DNA of 64,000 nt from Geosiphon pyriformis uo1 (taxonomy: Eukaryota > Fungi > Glomeromycota): NCBI GenBank assembly GCA_016748015.1, contig JAAOMT010000135.1, positions 496,001 to 560,000 on the forward strand, given 5' to 3'. The stretch's first letter is position 1; each line of letters starts with the position of its first letter. Of the stretch, positions 1 to 12,583 are shown one piece after another. The notes under the pieces were generated by a model. The model was given only the letters and a program-made list of their open reading frames with translations, was not told the origin of the DNA and did not search any database. A program made the position numbers and the translations under genes.

Positions 1-490
1 ATTTACTTCAAAAAACATAAAAATTTTTAATTATTTTTGTTCAAAATTAATTATTTTATATTAACAATTAAAATTAATTAGCTACTAATTTCTATAATTA
101 TTAGTGACTTCTAGGTTTAGATTCAAAATAACTTTCTTAATATACTTTTTATTTCTTTTTTTAGTTTATTTTTTTTAATTTTTTTAATTTTTTTTGATAT
201 TATTAGGTAGTTTATAGTCGAAATTTTTTGTAAAAAAGTTAACTTTTATAGCAAAGTAACTACACATATTTTTAAAAAGCTTACAGACAAAATTTTTCTG
301 TAAAAAAGTTAATTTTTACTGCAAAATAATTATATAAATAATTGAAATAAAATTGGCTATTTTATTATAAGTTCAACTGCATATATAATTCAAAATATAA
401 AAAAATACTTGAAAGAAAAATTAACTTATTAGAAGTTTACCAACTTTCATTAAACAGCAAAATTAACAACAAAATAGTATTAACAATATT
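1..490 (+). mobile_element. Degraded fragment of an LTR (type E)
   Basis: About 200-485 aligns by eye with 22090-22375 (e.g. ttttatagcaaagtaa...aaaaaagttaa-ttttactg-aaaataa), which lies inside the TG..CA-type LTR at 21546-22405. Boundaries are approximate. Confidence 0.6.
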
Positions 491-1890
491 AAAAAAAAAG
501 TAAAAAATTTTTTAATAATACTATTAAAGTTTTTCTTGGTGGTTTTTTTTTAATCACACTTAAAATTATAAAATCGTTTGTAATGGCTTTTGGTTTTCTT
601 TTTTTTATTTTTATTGTATTCTGTGATGTTTTTTTTAATATATTTTTTAATAATATAAAGAATATTTTTAATATTTTTGGTATTATTACTTTTGTTAAAT
701 TAAAGTTTGCTGGTTTGTAACAATATACTGTTGTCAATTTTAAGACCTTTTTTTTTGCTATTGCTTTTAGTAACTAGTTTGTACTAGTAAAAAAAAACAG
801 TGTTTAAATTTTTTTTTTTCTTAATTAAAAAAAAATTATTACTTTTTAAGATTTTTTCAAGACCAAATTGATCAATTTTTTTTCAGCTGTATTGTTTTTG
901 AAATCAATAATATAATTTTTTAAATTGGTGATCATACTTGTTTTATTTTTTATTTTTTAGATTTTTAATATTATTAATACTTTGCTGTTATTACTTTTGA
1001 ATTTAAAGAAATTTTAGAACTTATTATGTTAAAAATTAGTACTTTGTGTAAATATTTTATTTGGTAGAAAATTTTTAAGTGTCATTATTACTATAAGTAT
1101 TAAAATTTAAATTATTTGTTTATTAATTGTAAAATGTTATCGTTTTTGTTTTTTAAACTGTTTTTTAAATTAGAAATTAGTTCTAAATTTTTTGTGTTAT
1201 TTTTCGTTAATAGCAAGTTTTATGTTATAATTTCTGCCTTTTTGGCTTTTTTATCTGTTGTTTTTTTGGTTGTTTTTGCTGTTAATCTTGTAATTAAGTT
1301 TAGATTAAATTTTTTAGAAGCTTAAATTTTAAGCTTGGCTATTTTGCTAAAATTTATTGTTAAGTTTATTAATTTTTTAGTTATTTTGGTTATTAGTTTT
1401 CTAAATAATAATGTTGTTAAAACTTTTCTAGTTAAAAAAAATTTGCTATTTATAAAATGTATTACTAATAATTTTTTTAATCTTTTGGTTAGTGTTTTTA
1501 AGAATATTGCTGATCTTAGATCTGAAGTTGATTTTAATAATATAAATTATAATAAAATGCTGATTGCTAAACTTTTTTTTTTGAGCAAGAATACTATTAA
1601 GCATATTATAGATTTATGACATATGTTAAATCTTAATATAAGATATAGTATTAAATCTATTAGATTATTTTTTAGTAAATTCATCTTTAATTCTAAAAAC
1701 TTAAATAGTATCATTAAAAAAATTAATGAACTGATTTATTTTTAGTTTCTTTTGTTTTAATATAGTGTTGTTTTAACTGACTTGAGTAGCTGGTTATGTA
1801 TAAAAAGTACATGATTCATACTTAGTTTAAATTATATATTGTATTAGATAGTGTTTGAGTCTTATTTATTAAACGTAATAAAAAAAAATT
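490..1890 (+). mobile_element. Degraded ORF1-only non-LTR retroelement (LINE ORF1 + LINE-type 3' tail + poly(A))
   Basis: Decayed peptides FGIITFVKLKFAGL*QYTVVNF (from 676), *FVLVKKNSV, IGDHTCFI and a ruined CCHC knuckle (about 1080-1130) parallel ORF1 of the LINE at 29-37 kb. The tail at 1763-1890 (tagtgttgttttaactgacttgagtagctggttatgtata...aataaaaaaaaa) matches the LINE 3' end at 37314-37452. Confidence 0.65.
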
Positions 1891-3439
1891 CATATTAATT
1901 ATAAATTAAGTTTTTTACTTTAATCTGTTTTTAAATTTATTTTGTATTTGTTTTGTTAAATTATAATAATATCTGTTGTTATAAATAAAATTTTTAAATG
2001 AATTTTATAATTTGGTATTCTATTATAATTTAAAATATCTGAAAATTTTAGTAATTTAAAAGTTTTAACATTAAAGTTTTTGTATAAAAAACAAAAATTA
2101 TTGTAAAACAATAATTATGTATTTAATTTGCTTTATTTTTTTGTAAAATTTAATACTATTTTATTTTTTTGAAAATTTATTTAAATTGTTAATAAGTTTA
2201 ATTCTATATTTATAATGTACATGGTTTTTTTAAACTATTTATAATATTATATTTAACATTATTTTTTTTCAACAAGTTAATTTCAAAATAAAAGCAAAAA
2301 AAAATATAAAAAAATATAAAATTAATATTTTTTTAATAGTTATAATTAAAAACTATTGGTTCAATATAATAATTTTAATTTATGTGTATTATATAAAACT
2401 ATATTTATTTAAAAGATAATTTCAATTCAAAAATATGAATAATTGTCATAATCTTTGATTGTTTCATTTTTAAATATTTGTTTTACTAATTAATATTATT
2501 TGTATTTATATATATTTTTAGTAATATAAAATGTTTTATAACAATTTTGGTATTTCTGATTATTCTAAATTATTTCTTAATATACTATAATATTTTTTAA
2601 TATTTTTTAATATTTCATAGCATTTTATAATATTTTTTCGTCTTTTTTGGTATATTTTAATATTTTTAATTATTATATTATTTACAGTGCTAATATTTAA
2701 TTGGTATTTTTATTGTCATTTTTTTACCGTTTATCTTTAATATATTTATACATTTATTTTTTCAGTTGTATTCTTTTAAAACTTAATTTTATTTTCTTGT
2801 ATGTTCTATATATTATATAGTTTCTTATAACCAATAACAATTGAACCAAAATCTTCAAATCTACAGAATAAGCTTTGTGTTTTTTTTTGAGCTGGCTAAA
2901 AAACAAAATAATCTTTAATGTTTATACCAAGATTTGTTTTGGCAGTTACAAAATCTAATTTTTACAATTATTTTTCATCAACTTGGTTTTTACTTGATTT
3001 TCCTTTAGGAACAATTGGTCTTACAAGAACAGACAATCTCATTTTCGTGACATGTTTTTTTAACATGCTCCAGTTGAAGAGATCAAACAGATGATAGAAA
3101 ACTTAAAATCTATTAAAAACAATAAAAGAAAAAAATCGTTTCTTCTTTACTCTTTCCTTTGAGTGTGATTATAAAATTACAGAAAAAAGAAAAAATCTTA
3201 TTATTTGCATAAAACAAAAAAAATCGAGTTTAAAGATTGGTAAAAAGAAGATTTCCAGCATCATAAAAGATATTACAAACTTAATTTTCCCGTTCTGATA
3301 CCTTCAACTTCAAACGTCAACAATATCTTTACAATAATGCTTGTCCATACATGAAAAATGAATTTAAAGACATTACCTGTCCAAAACTAAGGATTGTTAA
3401 TAAAAACAAAATTATGGTAATTAAATCCCCGGGAAATAT

Positions 3440-4090
3440 TTTCTGGTCTAGAAAAGCATCTGATCGAAAAAGGAAGTAGCTATTCTCTCGACTTGCAATT
3501 TTGAATTTACTGAAAAAAGAGTTATGAGACTTATTGAAAGATCAGAATGGGGGTTAAAGGAAGGAGGAGAGATGTTTTATAAAGACCTGGTAATCTCCAA
3601 AACCAAAGAACTTCTCACGGGAAAGATATTCTTTACCTTAATTGAAAGCAGAAAAGCACGGGTTGAGAAGAAATTACTGCTGTTGAAAACGAGATTCATC
3701 CGCCCAGAGATATGGCAGACCTATAAAGATTTTTCAACGCGGATGAGGATAATTGTTTACTTTGAAATATTTAAAGAGCCCCTAATTATAAAAAGCAGAA
3801 GGCAAACACCTAGTTCTAAAGTAAAGTTTGACCACTCCGAAGAAAAAAAAAGGTGCTGAAGAGTTTACCAAAGCTTTAGAAGCTTATGGGTCAGCCCGAA
3901 AGGATCAAGCGAAACCAATAATTTTCTCCAAAAAAGAATAGGCCGACTTAGTCTTGGTTCATAATACTTGAGACCAATTAAAACAAAACATCAAACAATT
4001 AGCTCACTATATCGATTTCTACTTTAAAGATCAAAGAAATTAAAAAAGAACAATTAGAGTAATTCAAGCCGAATACCAACTACGTGATTA
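3440..4090 (+). pseudogene. Decayed intronless coding-like remnant of unknown origin
   Basis: 111-aa ORF at 3524-3859 with normal composition. It continues after a poly-A frameshift (GAEEFTKALEAYGSARKDQAKPIIFSKKE*...) with in-frame stops. No family recognised. Confidence 0.25.
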
Positions 4091-5104
4091 ATTCCAAAAA
4101 TTTTGGTAGCGGTAAGGATAACAACAATGGTATTTGGTGTTTAGAAAGAAAAGAAATAAAGTATTTGGGAAGGCAACATCATCCAAATCGCCAAGAAACT
4201 GTACAAATTCACTTTGTTGCAGCACGCACCATATGGTTATTGTGAAATTTAAACAATTTGTGATTAACAACTTAATATTTCAAGAGTTAACGAATAGATA
4301 TTTACATGTTCTTGTGATTAATATAGTTACTTTGATTGAAAATAATGAACATCAGTAATTTTGAACCCTTAGGATATTTTTCACTGAAAGGTTCGAAATG
4401 CTTAAGTGCAAAAATGGGATTTTTGCAATAAAGGAAGCTTTCTCTTGTGAAAATTTATTGATGAAATTTATTATCTATACAGCCTAGTATACTCTAATTT
4501 GTGAAGAATGAAATTCAAGGGCAGCGCGAATATTCGAATTACTAATCTGATGTTTTTTAACATCAAAGAAGCAAAAAGTTCTCATGTCACTACGAATAAG
4601 AAAACGAAAAATAATGTCTATACTAATCTACTAAAGAATCTATACGATCCTTTTCCAAAGTGTTCTTGTTTGCAAAATATAATTTTATACTGACATGATT
4701 ATTATCTTTAAGATACCTTTAAACGGAATCTCTAAGAACAGGGGGCTTCTCAAAGCTGTTGGTAAACTGTTGTCGTCATTGCAAAAAGTATCAATGTTGG
4801 ACTAATGAAAGAAATATCCCAATTTAGAGATAATGAAGATGGTTCAACCTCAAATCAGACCCAAAAAGAAAAACGGAATAATCTTACATTATGGAAAATA
4901 TCCATATATTACAAACAGCCAGAAAAAAAAATCTATTTTTGGTCCCTTTAAAAGAATTTGGATTCTCTCATTTGTTGTGAATCGGAATATTTACGAGCAG
5001 GAGGAACTTTACCATTCAGGGAAGAAACCATTACGTCTGAAGTTATTTGACGCAGGATCAATATAAAGGGAGTTCGTGCGTTTTGAAAAAGTAAAGATTG
5101 AGTA

Positions 5105-5860
5105 TCAATATCCCCAAAACCGCCGACTTGTTTGACTACCTTGGAATTGCTGCTCACCGATATGAGCTGCGTTAAACGCAGCAGTTAAAGGATCCATCAA
5201 AAGATCACCTCCGTTATTCGACGAAACAACTGGGCTAGGTTGCGAATTAGTTCCAAACCCATTTGCCATGAATGCCGTATTAGCTCGTTGGTCAGAAGCC
5301 CCTACACTACCACCACTGCCACTACCACTACCACCACTACCACCACCACTACCACCCCCACCACTACTACTACCACCTACTGTTGCTGCTGTTCCAATAA
5401 GGCCTTGTTGATGTTGACGAACCCCTATGTAAGGAGTCAAACCATTGTTAGGAACTCCGTGATGATTACCGACATGAACCCCGAGGGTCGCATTCGAATA
5501 CGTGACAGGTGTAGTCGCAGGGCGATTTTGAGTGATGGGCGGGTTGGAGGCTGTTGTCGAATTTTTCCACGCTGCAGTCGTTGCTTCAAGTAAGCTTGCC
5601 TGAGTAGCGATCAGAACTTTCTGGACGTTCAACAATTCTTGACGGATTTGAGCGATTTTCTGATCTTGCGAGATGATGATATCCTTGAGATTTTCGCAGG
5701 AACGGCAACGGCTTTGTTGTTGATGCTGTTGAGTGGTACGGGTTGAAACGCCAAAGGTTGAGGTGGTTGATGAACGAAAAGGAGATAAAGTTTGTGGAAG
5801 GGAGGCTGTTGGGGTCGGAGGGCCGATCCCATTTTGTGGGGCAATCTCGGTTGATGTCAT
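5105..5860 (-). CDS. Hypothetical protein, 251 aa, single exon; CxxC followed by coiled coil, Gly/Ser-rich low-complexity C-terminal half
   Basis: ATG-to-TGA ORF with GC-richer, CpG-retaining sequence inside AT-rich flanks. CRSC followed by heptad-like LKDIIISQDQKIAQIRQELLNVQKVL. Pyrimidine-rich 5' leader on the minus strand. Confidence 0.75.
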   Translation of the reverse strand: MTSTEIAPQNGIGPPTPTASLPQTLSPFRSSTTSTFGVSTRTTQQHQQQSRCRSCENLKDIIISQDQKIAQIRQELLNVQKVLIATQASLLEATTAAWKNSTTASNPPITQNRPATTPVTYSNATLGVHVGNHHGVPNNGLTPYIGVRQHQQGLIGTAATVGGSSSGGGGSGGGSGGSGSGSGGSVGASDQRANTAFMANGFGTNSQPSPVVSSNNGGDLLMDPLTAAFNAAHIGEQQFQGSQTSRRFWGY

Positions 5861-6759
5861 TATTAAAGGTAGTCAGGTTGTGAGTCACGGTAACTTTGTA
5901 TTATTCTTTGAGTGTTTGTGTTGAACGAGGAAAAAAGCAAAAGGAAAGAAACGATGAAACCGGCGAGATAGAAGTTTAATGAAAATAGGATTTGCGAAAG
6001 ATGAAGAGAGAGAGAAAGAGAGAAAAAACTAAAGGAACTTGTATAAAGAAGAGAGAAGAAAATGAGAAGGTAGAAGGCCAAAGAATTTTTATTTTATTTG
6101 TTTTTATAGAAGTGATGACTAATGATCTAAAAGGTGAAACAAGTTTACTAAAGAAATCAGTTGGAAAAATCAATTTGGTCATTAATCAATCTTCTTTGGT
6201 TAGGCAAACTTACATGACATCTTGGTTGCGGAAAAAAGATTCCTATAATAACCAGTAAAATCTTTGATCAAATGAAGCATCATGATTGATATAGAGAAAG
6301 ATTTTTTTGTTAAATGAAGTGTATGATAAAAATATGTTTTTTCTTATATTGTGAAGACGAAATGGTACAGGTAAGATTTCATTTTTTTGAAGGCCTTTTC
6401 CCCTTGTTTTTATAAAAATATGAGTTTTTAATATAAAAAACATATAAGCATTATGAATGAATCATTTTATATTATATAATGTTTTTTATTATTGAGATTT
6501 TTTTTAATATTCAAAAAAAAAATTTTTTAATATTTGATAATTTCAAATTATTTGGTAAAAAATGGATCGTTTTCAAAAATTCAAACAAGAAATGATTTTT
6601 CAAAGAAATAAAAACATGGGTTTTAAATGAATATTGAAAATAAGTTTCTAATGAGACAAATCAGGAAGAATTTCAAGCTTTTAAACAGTGTAATTGTTTT
6701 AGAAAATTTCAACAAAATATATTCAACTAGATTATCAGTTTTTCCCCTATAATCGTTTA

Positions 6760-6840
6760 TAGAGAGAGAGAGAGAGGAAAAGAGAGAGGGAAAGAGAGAG
6801 GGAAAGAGAGAGGGAAAGAGAGAGGGAAAGAGAGAGAGAA
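6760..6840. repeat. (AG)n and (GAAAGAGAGAGG)n purine repeat
   Basis: Seen directly. Confidence 0.9.
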
Positions 6841-7192
6841 AGTTAAGTTGGTTTCATTGAGTTTTAAAGAGGAGTTCAAATTTTAAAAAAAAAGGTCGAA
6901 AACCGATGAACAATAAATTTATTCAAGACGACAAAATGGATTCCTTGCAAGCAGGTGATTTTCAAGTTTTCAAATAAAATTATTTTTTCAATTGAATAGA
7001 TTTTTTGAGCAAGTGCTAATGCCGGTAGAGGTACCAGGGGGCCTTTATGTAAAATTGAGAACTTATGGTTAAATCTGACAAAATTTATGTTTGACAACAG
7101 CTAGGAAGAATTCTTTCTGAATATTCTTTTTAGACAGAGTAGAGAGCTGCAAAACATTTTGTAAAAACTAGATAATTTTAAAAAAAATTTAT

Positions 7193-7223
<31 letters not shown>

Positions 7224-8200
7224 CGTACAAAAAATCATTATTTATAATATTTGTTTCTAACCGATGGGCAAACCTTATCAAACATTTCTTTATCAAAATC
7301 AAAGTTTCAAAGAAAAAAATCCTTTTAGTAAATAAAGTTTGCTCGAATGATAAATTTTGATTACATAATTCTGAAAATTCCCAATTTGACAACTTTTTTT
7401 CAGTCTAAAAAATTCAAAAGGCTAAGATGATAAACAAATGGCGCCATAAAAACGCACAAATACCATTTTACCATTCAAATCATTGTTCTCAATTAGAATA
7501 CTCCTTTTTTTTTTAATTAGGAAAAAATAATTACTAATTATCTCTTATGGAAAAAATAACTAAATAAATAAATAAATAAACAAAGAGAGTCTTTGATAAT
7601 TTTTGATTCGTTGGAATGAAACAAAAAAAAACCTTTTTAAAATTCTTTGTTTCACAACTATTCATTATTTTCCGTCCCACCCACCCACATAAATATACAT
7701 ATACATTTACATACAAATACACATACACGCATAAAAAGGATCAAAAATCTGTAAATCTTTTTCCATTCATTCATCGAATAAATAATATTTTCCGAGATAC
7801 AGTTTTTCAAAAATCTCCATTTGTTATCATTGATACCAGCAGTACCCAGCCCAAATTTTATTATTAGAGCTTAAAAATAAATAAATAAATAAAAATGAAA
7901 AAAAAAATTTATTTGCCCGTGCGCTGATTTGATATGATGTGCTATTTCGGGAATTTCTTTTATGATTATTATTGACAATTTTTATATTTATTAAATTCAG
8001 AATATTCCATAACTCATGTGAGAAAAAAAGAAAAAAAAAAAAGGTAAATTTCCCGAGGTAGCACTATATTATTAATCAAAATTGATTCTAAATATATATA
8101 TATATATATATTTCTACCATTGATAAATTATCTCTCTTTCTCGAGAATCTTTTACCTTCTTTTTGAGTAAAAAGAGAAACACTTCTTTTTATATTAGAAA

Positions 8201-8985
8201 ATGGTTACTACAATAAAAATGTGTTCTCCAAGTTCTCAACTCTCAAGCTCACCGTTCACTAGCTACATAAAACAAGTGGAAGACGTGTCCGAAGTCGTAA
8301 ATATTTTGGCTCGTGAGAGTTTGGTAAGCTGGTCATTTTAATATCTTTTTTTACTTTCTAGACATTTATCTCAAATAATTGGATGATTTTAGACGGTCAT
8401 AGAATTTACGGCAAGGTATGTTATGGAAAATTTTCTCCATTTGGTGATAGGATTTTGATCCTAGTCCAACTGAGGATCTTATTTGACCTTAAACAAAACT
8501 ATTAGAGAAAATAATGTCAGGTTTAATTGATTTTGGGAGTCCTTGAACTTGGAAAAAAAACTCTAATGTTCTATCAATAGATACTTTACTCTTGGAAAAA
8601 ATGTTAATTCTCATTGACAAAGCTCATATTTTGATGAATCTTTTCATTTTCTTTACTTTATTTTTTTCCTGAAAACTATCCTTCTTCCATCATACACTCT
8701 TCGCTCCCATGATTGGCGATAGACATTGCGCACATTGTAGGGCTATAGGTATATAATGTGAAAATAAATATATCAAACGCATACTTATACTTTTTAGTTT
8801 CTTCATTGATTTCAATCTAATGAAAAATTCTCATATATTATTACCCTTTATCTCTATTCAGCACCACAGATTGAGAAATTAGCAAAAGAATATCTGGGAA
8901 ATGTAGTATTTCTTAATGTGGATGTTAACGACTTGGCGGTAAATCATTCGTATTTGTTTTCCGTTTCCCTGAAATAAAACTCATC

Positions 8986-9020
<35 letters not shown>

Positions 9021-10012
9021 CTCTACTACCACTAAAAATAAAAAATAATAATGTCAATTCTTTTGTTTCTTTTAGCCATTCACAGCAACAAGCAATATCA
9101 CTGGTACCCCCACATTTCAATTTTATCGTTCCAGCGTTCTCCTCTCAACGTTTAGCGCCGCCTCTCTACCCGCAAACGCCCATTCGCCCGCGAATCTAGT
9201 ACCATCTATCGCGAGTCTGATAAAACTATTTATCACAAAGTATAACCCTGGTCTCAACAAGATTACCGATGATTTGGCATTCTCGGCACAGATTCCTGAG
9301 GAATGGGTGCAAAAGTTGGGTGATGTTGGATTTCGCACGGTAATCGATTTGAGTATGGAAGGTGAAAAAGGTGAGGATTTTTTCTAAAAGAAGATTGCAT
9401 AAGAATTGTAGTGTAAGATTATGATTTTTTTAAAGCATTTGAAATTTATTCATTTCGAGTCAATTTCTTTTTATTTACCTGATTCTTGAAATCAATCTTA
9501 TAAAACCGGACAGATCATTTGTCAAACGAAAAAGATATACTGAAGGAGAACGGCGTCGAATATACTCATTTTCCAATCACGGTGTTCTATACTCTTTTTA
9601 CTTAAAATTCATCTACTTTATTGTTTTATCATTTCCTATACAACCCTCAACAAAACTAATCCCACCCTTTTAACTTTTCAAGTCAATAAACCAATTAACT
9701 CCATCAACCATATCACAATTCACCAAGTACGTTCAAGCACTGCCAAAACCATTACTGGTTCATTCTCGTATCGGATTACACGCTTCGATTCTCTTATTAG
9801 CCTTCGCGGCAAAAGAGTACCATTCAACCTCACAAGATATTGTTGATTGGGCACGTGATTTTGGCTACGATTATGAAGGATTGCCAGAAGGTGAGCTGGT
9901 AAAAAAAAAAAAAAAAAAATTGTGGAAATTTATCATGAATAATTCATGACTAATATATGGTTTTGAAAAATTTTCAGTGATGCGCCTCTTACAAAATTAT
10001 ATCCCGAGTTAA
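8201..10012 (+). CDS. Thioredoxin (CAHC) fused to a DUF442/TIGR01244 (BLH/PTP-like) domain with degenerate active loop, 284 aa, 8 exons
   Basis: Manual splicing with GT-AG introns: 8201-8323, 8393-8415, 8723-8748, 8862-8938, 9076-9370, 9514-9581, 9683-9890, 9978-10012 (855 nt, open frame). Trx: TVIEFTARHCAHCRAIAPQIEKLAKEY..VVFLNVDV..ITGTPTFQFY. DUF442: ITDDLAFSAQIPEEWVQKLGDVGFRTVIDLSMEGE..NGVEYTHFPI..LPKPLLVHSRIGLHAS..WARDFGYD. Confidence 0.88.
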
Positions 10013-10298
10013 ATTTGGGAAAATATGCTTATTTAATCGTCTATATATGTTTGATAATTTTATTCATTGAGTAATTAAAAAGTATTAGTCTGTCATAAAT
10101 AGGAAATGAATAGTTTACGTGAAATTTACCTCATTTTTTATTATGTCGATTTTTTATGCGAAGCTATTCGTTAAAAACTTTTTACATTGTTTTCTCGTTT
10201 TTTCCTCATGTTTGATATATTATGTCACTATGAAAAGATTAATGATGATATTGACATCAGGCGTGGTTTGATTGATTAAAGGAATTCCCTTAAAATAA

Positions 10299-10299
10299 G

Positions 10300-10345
<46 letters not shown>
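10299..10345. repeat. (AG)n microsatellite upstream of the CBS gene
   Basis: Seen directly. Confidence 0.9.
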
Positions 10346-10349
<4 letters not shown>

Positions 10350-10449
10350 AAAGTTTGTCTTTTGATTTTTATAAATAACCTTTGTTTCCAAAACCTTTAA
10401 ATATCCCAACATAACTTTTATTTCCTCTTTCTCTTCTTACTCATACATA

Positions 10450-11673
10450 ATGGCAACTACTCAAGTACCCTCGTCTCACCTGATTCGACCATATCAATTG
10501 TTTGATGATTTACGCAAACTGCAAGTTAACACCCTAATTCTAGAATCAGCTCAACCAGTCGAAAGTCTAGTATTCGCGCGAGTCAGTGATCCGATTTCCT
10601 TGGCGATCGATCAGTTTCGAATTCATAATGTGATCAGCCTACCAATTTATGATGAAGAACAAGGAAGATTCGTTACCATTATCAACGTGTTGGACATGGT
10701 ACGATTTCTCATGTTGAAAGAGGCCTACAGATCGCTAAGCCTACCTGATAATTCTCCTGATGAGGAGAAAGTGAGGATTGTTGAGGCTGTTGGTGCAGAA
10801 ATACGTAAACTTTATTATGATACTCGGATTGAGGATTTGATTAGTAGTGTCGCTGTTGGTCGCCCTCTACGCGTGTACCACCCCACTGATCCATTGTTGG
10901 ACGCATTGCGAGCCATGGGTTACGGGACTGAAAATGTCTACTCAATTTTGGTCTCCGTCGCCGAAGAAAAAGAAAGAGCTGAGAAAGATATTAAGTATGC
11001 TTCGATTATCTCACAGTGGGATGCTATCACTTTTCTGTTGAAGAGTGGAGCAGTAAATAAGGATGGTATTAAGGATTTGCGAGCAAAACAAGTGATGCAA
11101 TGTGCTTGGATAACTTTTCACAAGAAAGATGACCCAAATCAATTATTGCCCATCGCTCCCGAAAAATCTGCTTTGGTTTTGTCGATTACAAAGGATGTCA
11201 GTGCTTTGGCCGCTTTTAGAATCATGGCGAGTATCAACATTTGTTGGATTGGGTGATAATATTCTTTTGCAACAATCCGACCAAATTGATTAGAACTCGC
11301 CTAAAACTCCATTTTACCTCAGGCAATTCATAAGGTTTCATCGCTCGCCATAATATCTCACGCGGATGGGAGTAAACGTCAGCTGCTTGATAACATATCG
11401 GCATCTGATATTCGTCACTTGAAGCCTGAAAATCTTATCGACGGTTTCTTGGCGGTCACCGAATTTCTCAAGAAACTTCGTGAGCATCCGCCTAACCCGA
11501 TTTCATGTGACCAAGACACGCCACTTCCCGAAATGATGGAGATGGCATTGAAAAATAATGTGCATCGGGTCTGGGTTATCGAGAAAGAGACGGGGTCGCC
11601 GATTGGAGTGATAACTCTTGGCGAAATGTTGAGTACACTTGTTGGTGTTGATGGGGTAATGATGGATGGATGA
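10450..11673 (+). CDS. CBS-domain protein (Sds23/AMPK-gamma-like, four CBS motifs), 375 aa, 2 exons
   Basis: Exons 10450-11226 and 11323-11673 joined by a GC-AG intron. CBS motifs HNVISLPIYD..IINVLDMV, AFRIMAIHKVSSLAII..NISASDIR and MALKNNVHRVWVIE..PIGVITLGEML. Confidence 0.88.
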
Positions 11674-12524
11674 AAGTTGAAAGGTTGAATATTTCGTTTT
11701 GATTGAGGATTAAATGATGGTCCCGCTCAAATTCTCAGATTTTATTTGCTCTATATTTTTTTTTATGTATAATTTTTGAATGGCTTTTTACTATCTTTGA
11801 ATTTTTTCGTTGTCCTGAGCAAATGCTATTAAATATTAGGATTAATTTCGTTTTTTAATGAAATCTATGAGATATTAAATTTCATAAAAAAAAGGGGTAA
11901 AATTTTTCGTTGAAATATATCAGTTATTCGATTTCAATAACGTTTTTAGTTCGCAACTACAAGTTTTCCTCCGACCAAGCAAAGGATCACTAAATTTTCA
12001 ATTGAAAAATTTTAGCAGCCCTTTTTTCAAAAAAAAAAAATTAGTAGCAAAAAATTTTGCACGAATGGTGGTTTTTTTTTAAAAGAAAAATAGTGAATAA
12101 GATAGTTACAAAAAATTCTGACAAAAATAAAAATACAAAAACACATGAATGAATGAATTACAATCAATACCAAATTCTATATAAAACTTGAACTGACTAA
12201 AAGAAATTCTTAAAAAGTTTGCAAAAATGAAATAAGATAACTCGGGAGTTCGTAGCCAAACAATAAAATCCCGAATCTTGGAACTTGGGTTATGTTCGAT
12301 CTTGCAGAAAAGACTCTTTCCATTTTCAGTATTAAAAACGGTCTGAGTAAGCAATTTTTCTAAAATATGTGACTTGATAAACATATCGTTACATCTTACT
12401 TCAAAATATGGGTCAGTGAATGGAAATAAAAAAAATTGAGAATACATAATCATTTTTGAAACTATTTCAATCTTAACGTAAGATAGTATGTAAAGTAATC
12501 ATTTTATTTAGTTAAAGTAACAAT

Positions 12525-12526
12525 AG

Positions 12527-12581
<55 letters not shown>
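12525..12581. repeat. (AG)n microsatellite
   Basis: Seen directly. Confidence 0.9.

Positions 12582-12583
<2 letters not shown>

Noticed and set aside
5240-5593. Poly-Thr plus-strand ORF
   Set aside because: Antisense shadow of the Gly/Ser tract of the 5105-5860 gene.
8506-8526. Possible 15-nt exon or recursive AG|GT site in the 307-nt intron 2 of the Trx gene
   Set aside because: Weak donor (GTTTAA), and inclusion would break the F-x-A-x-x-C spacing of the Trx motif.
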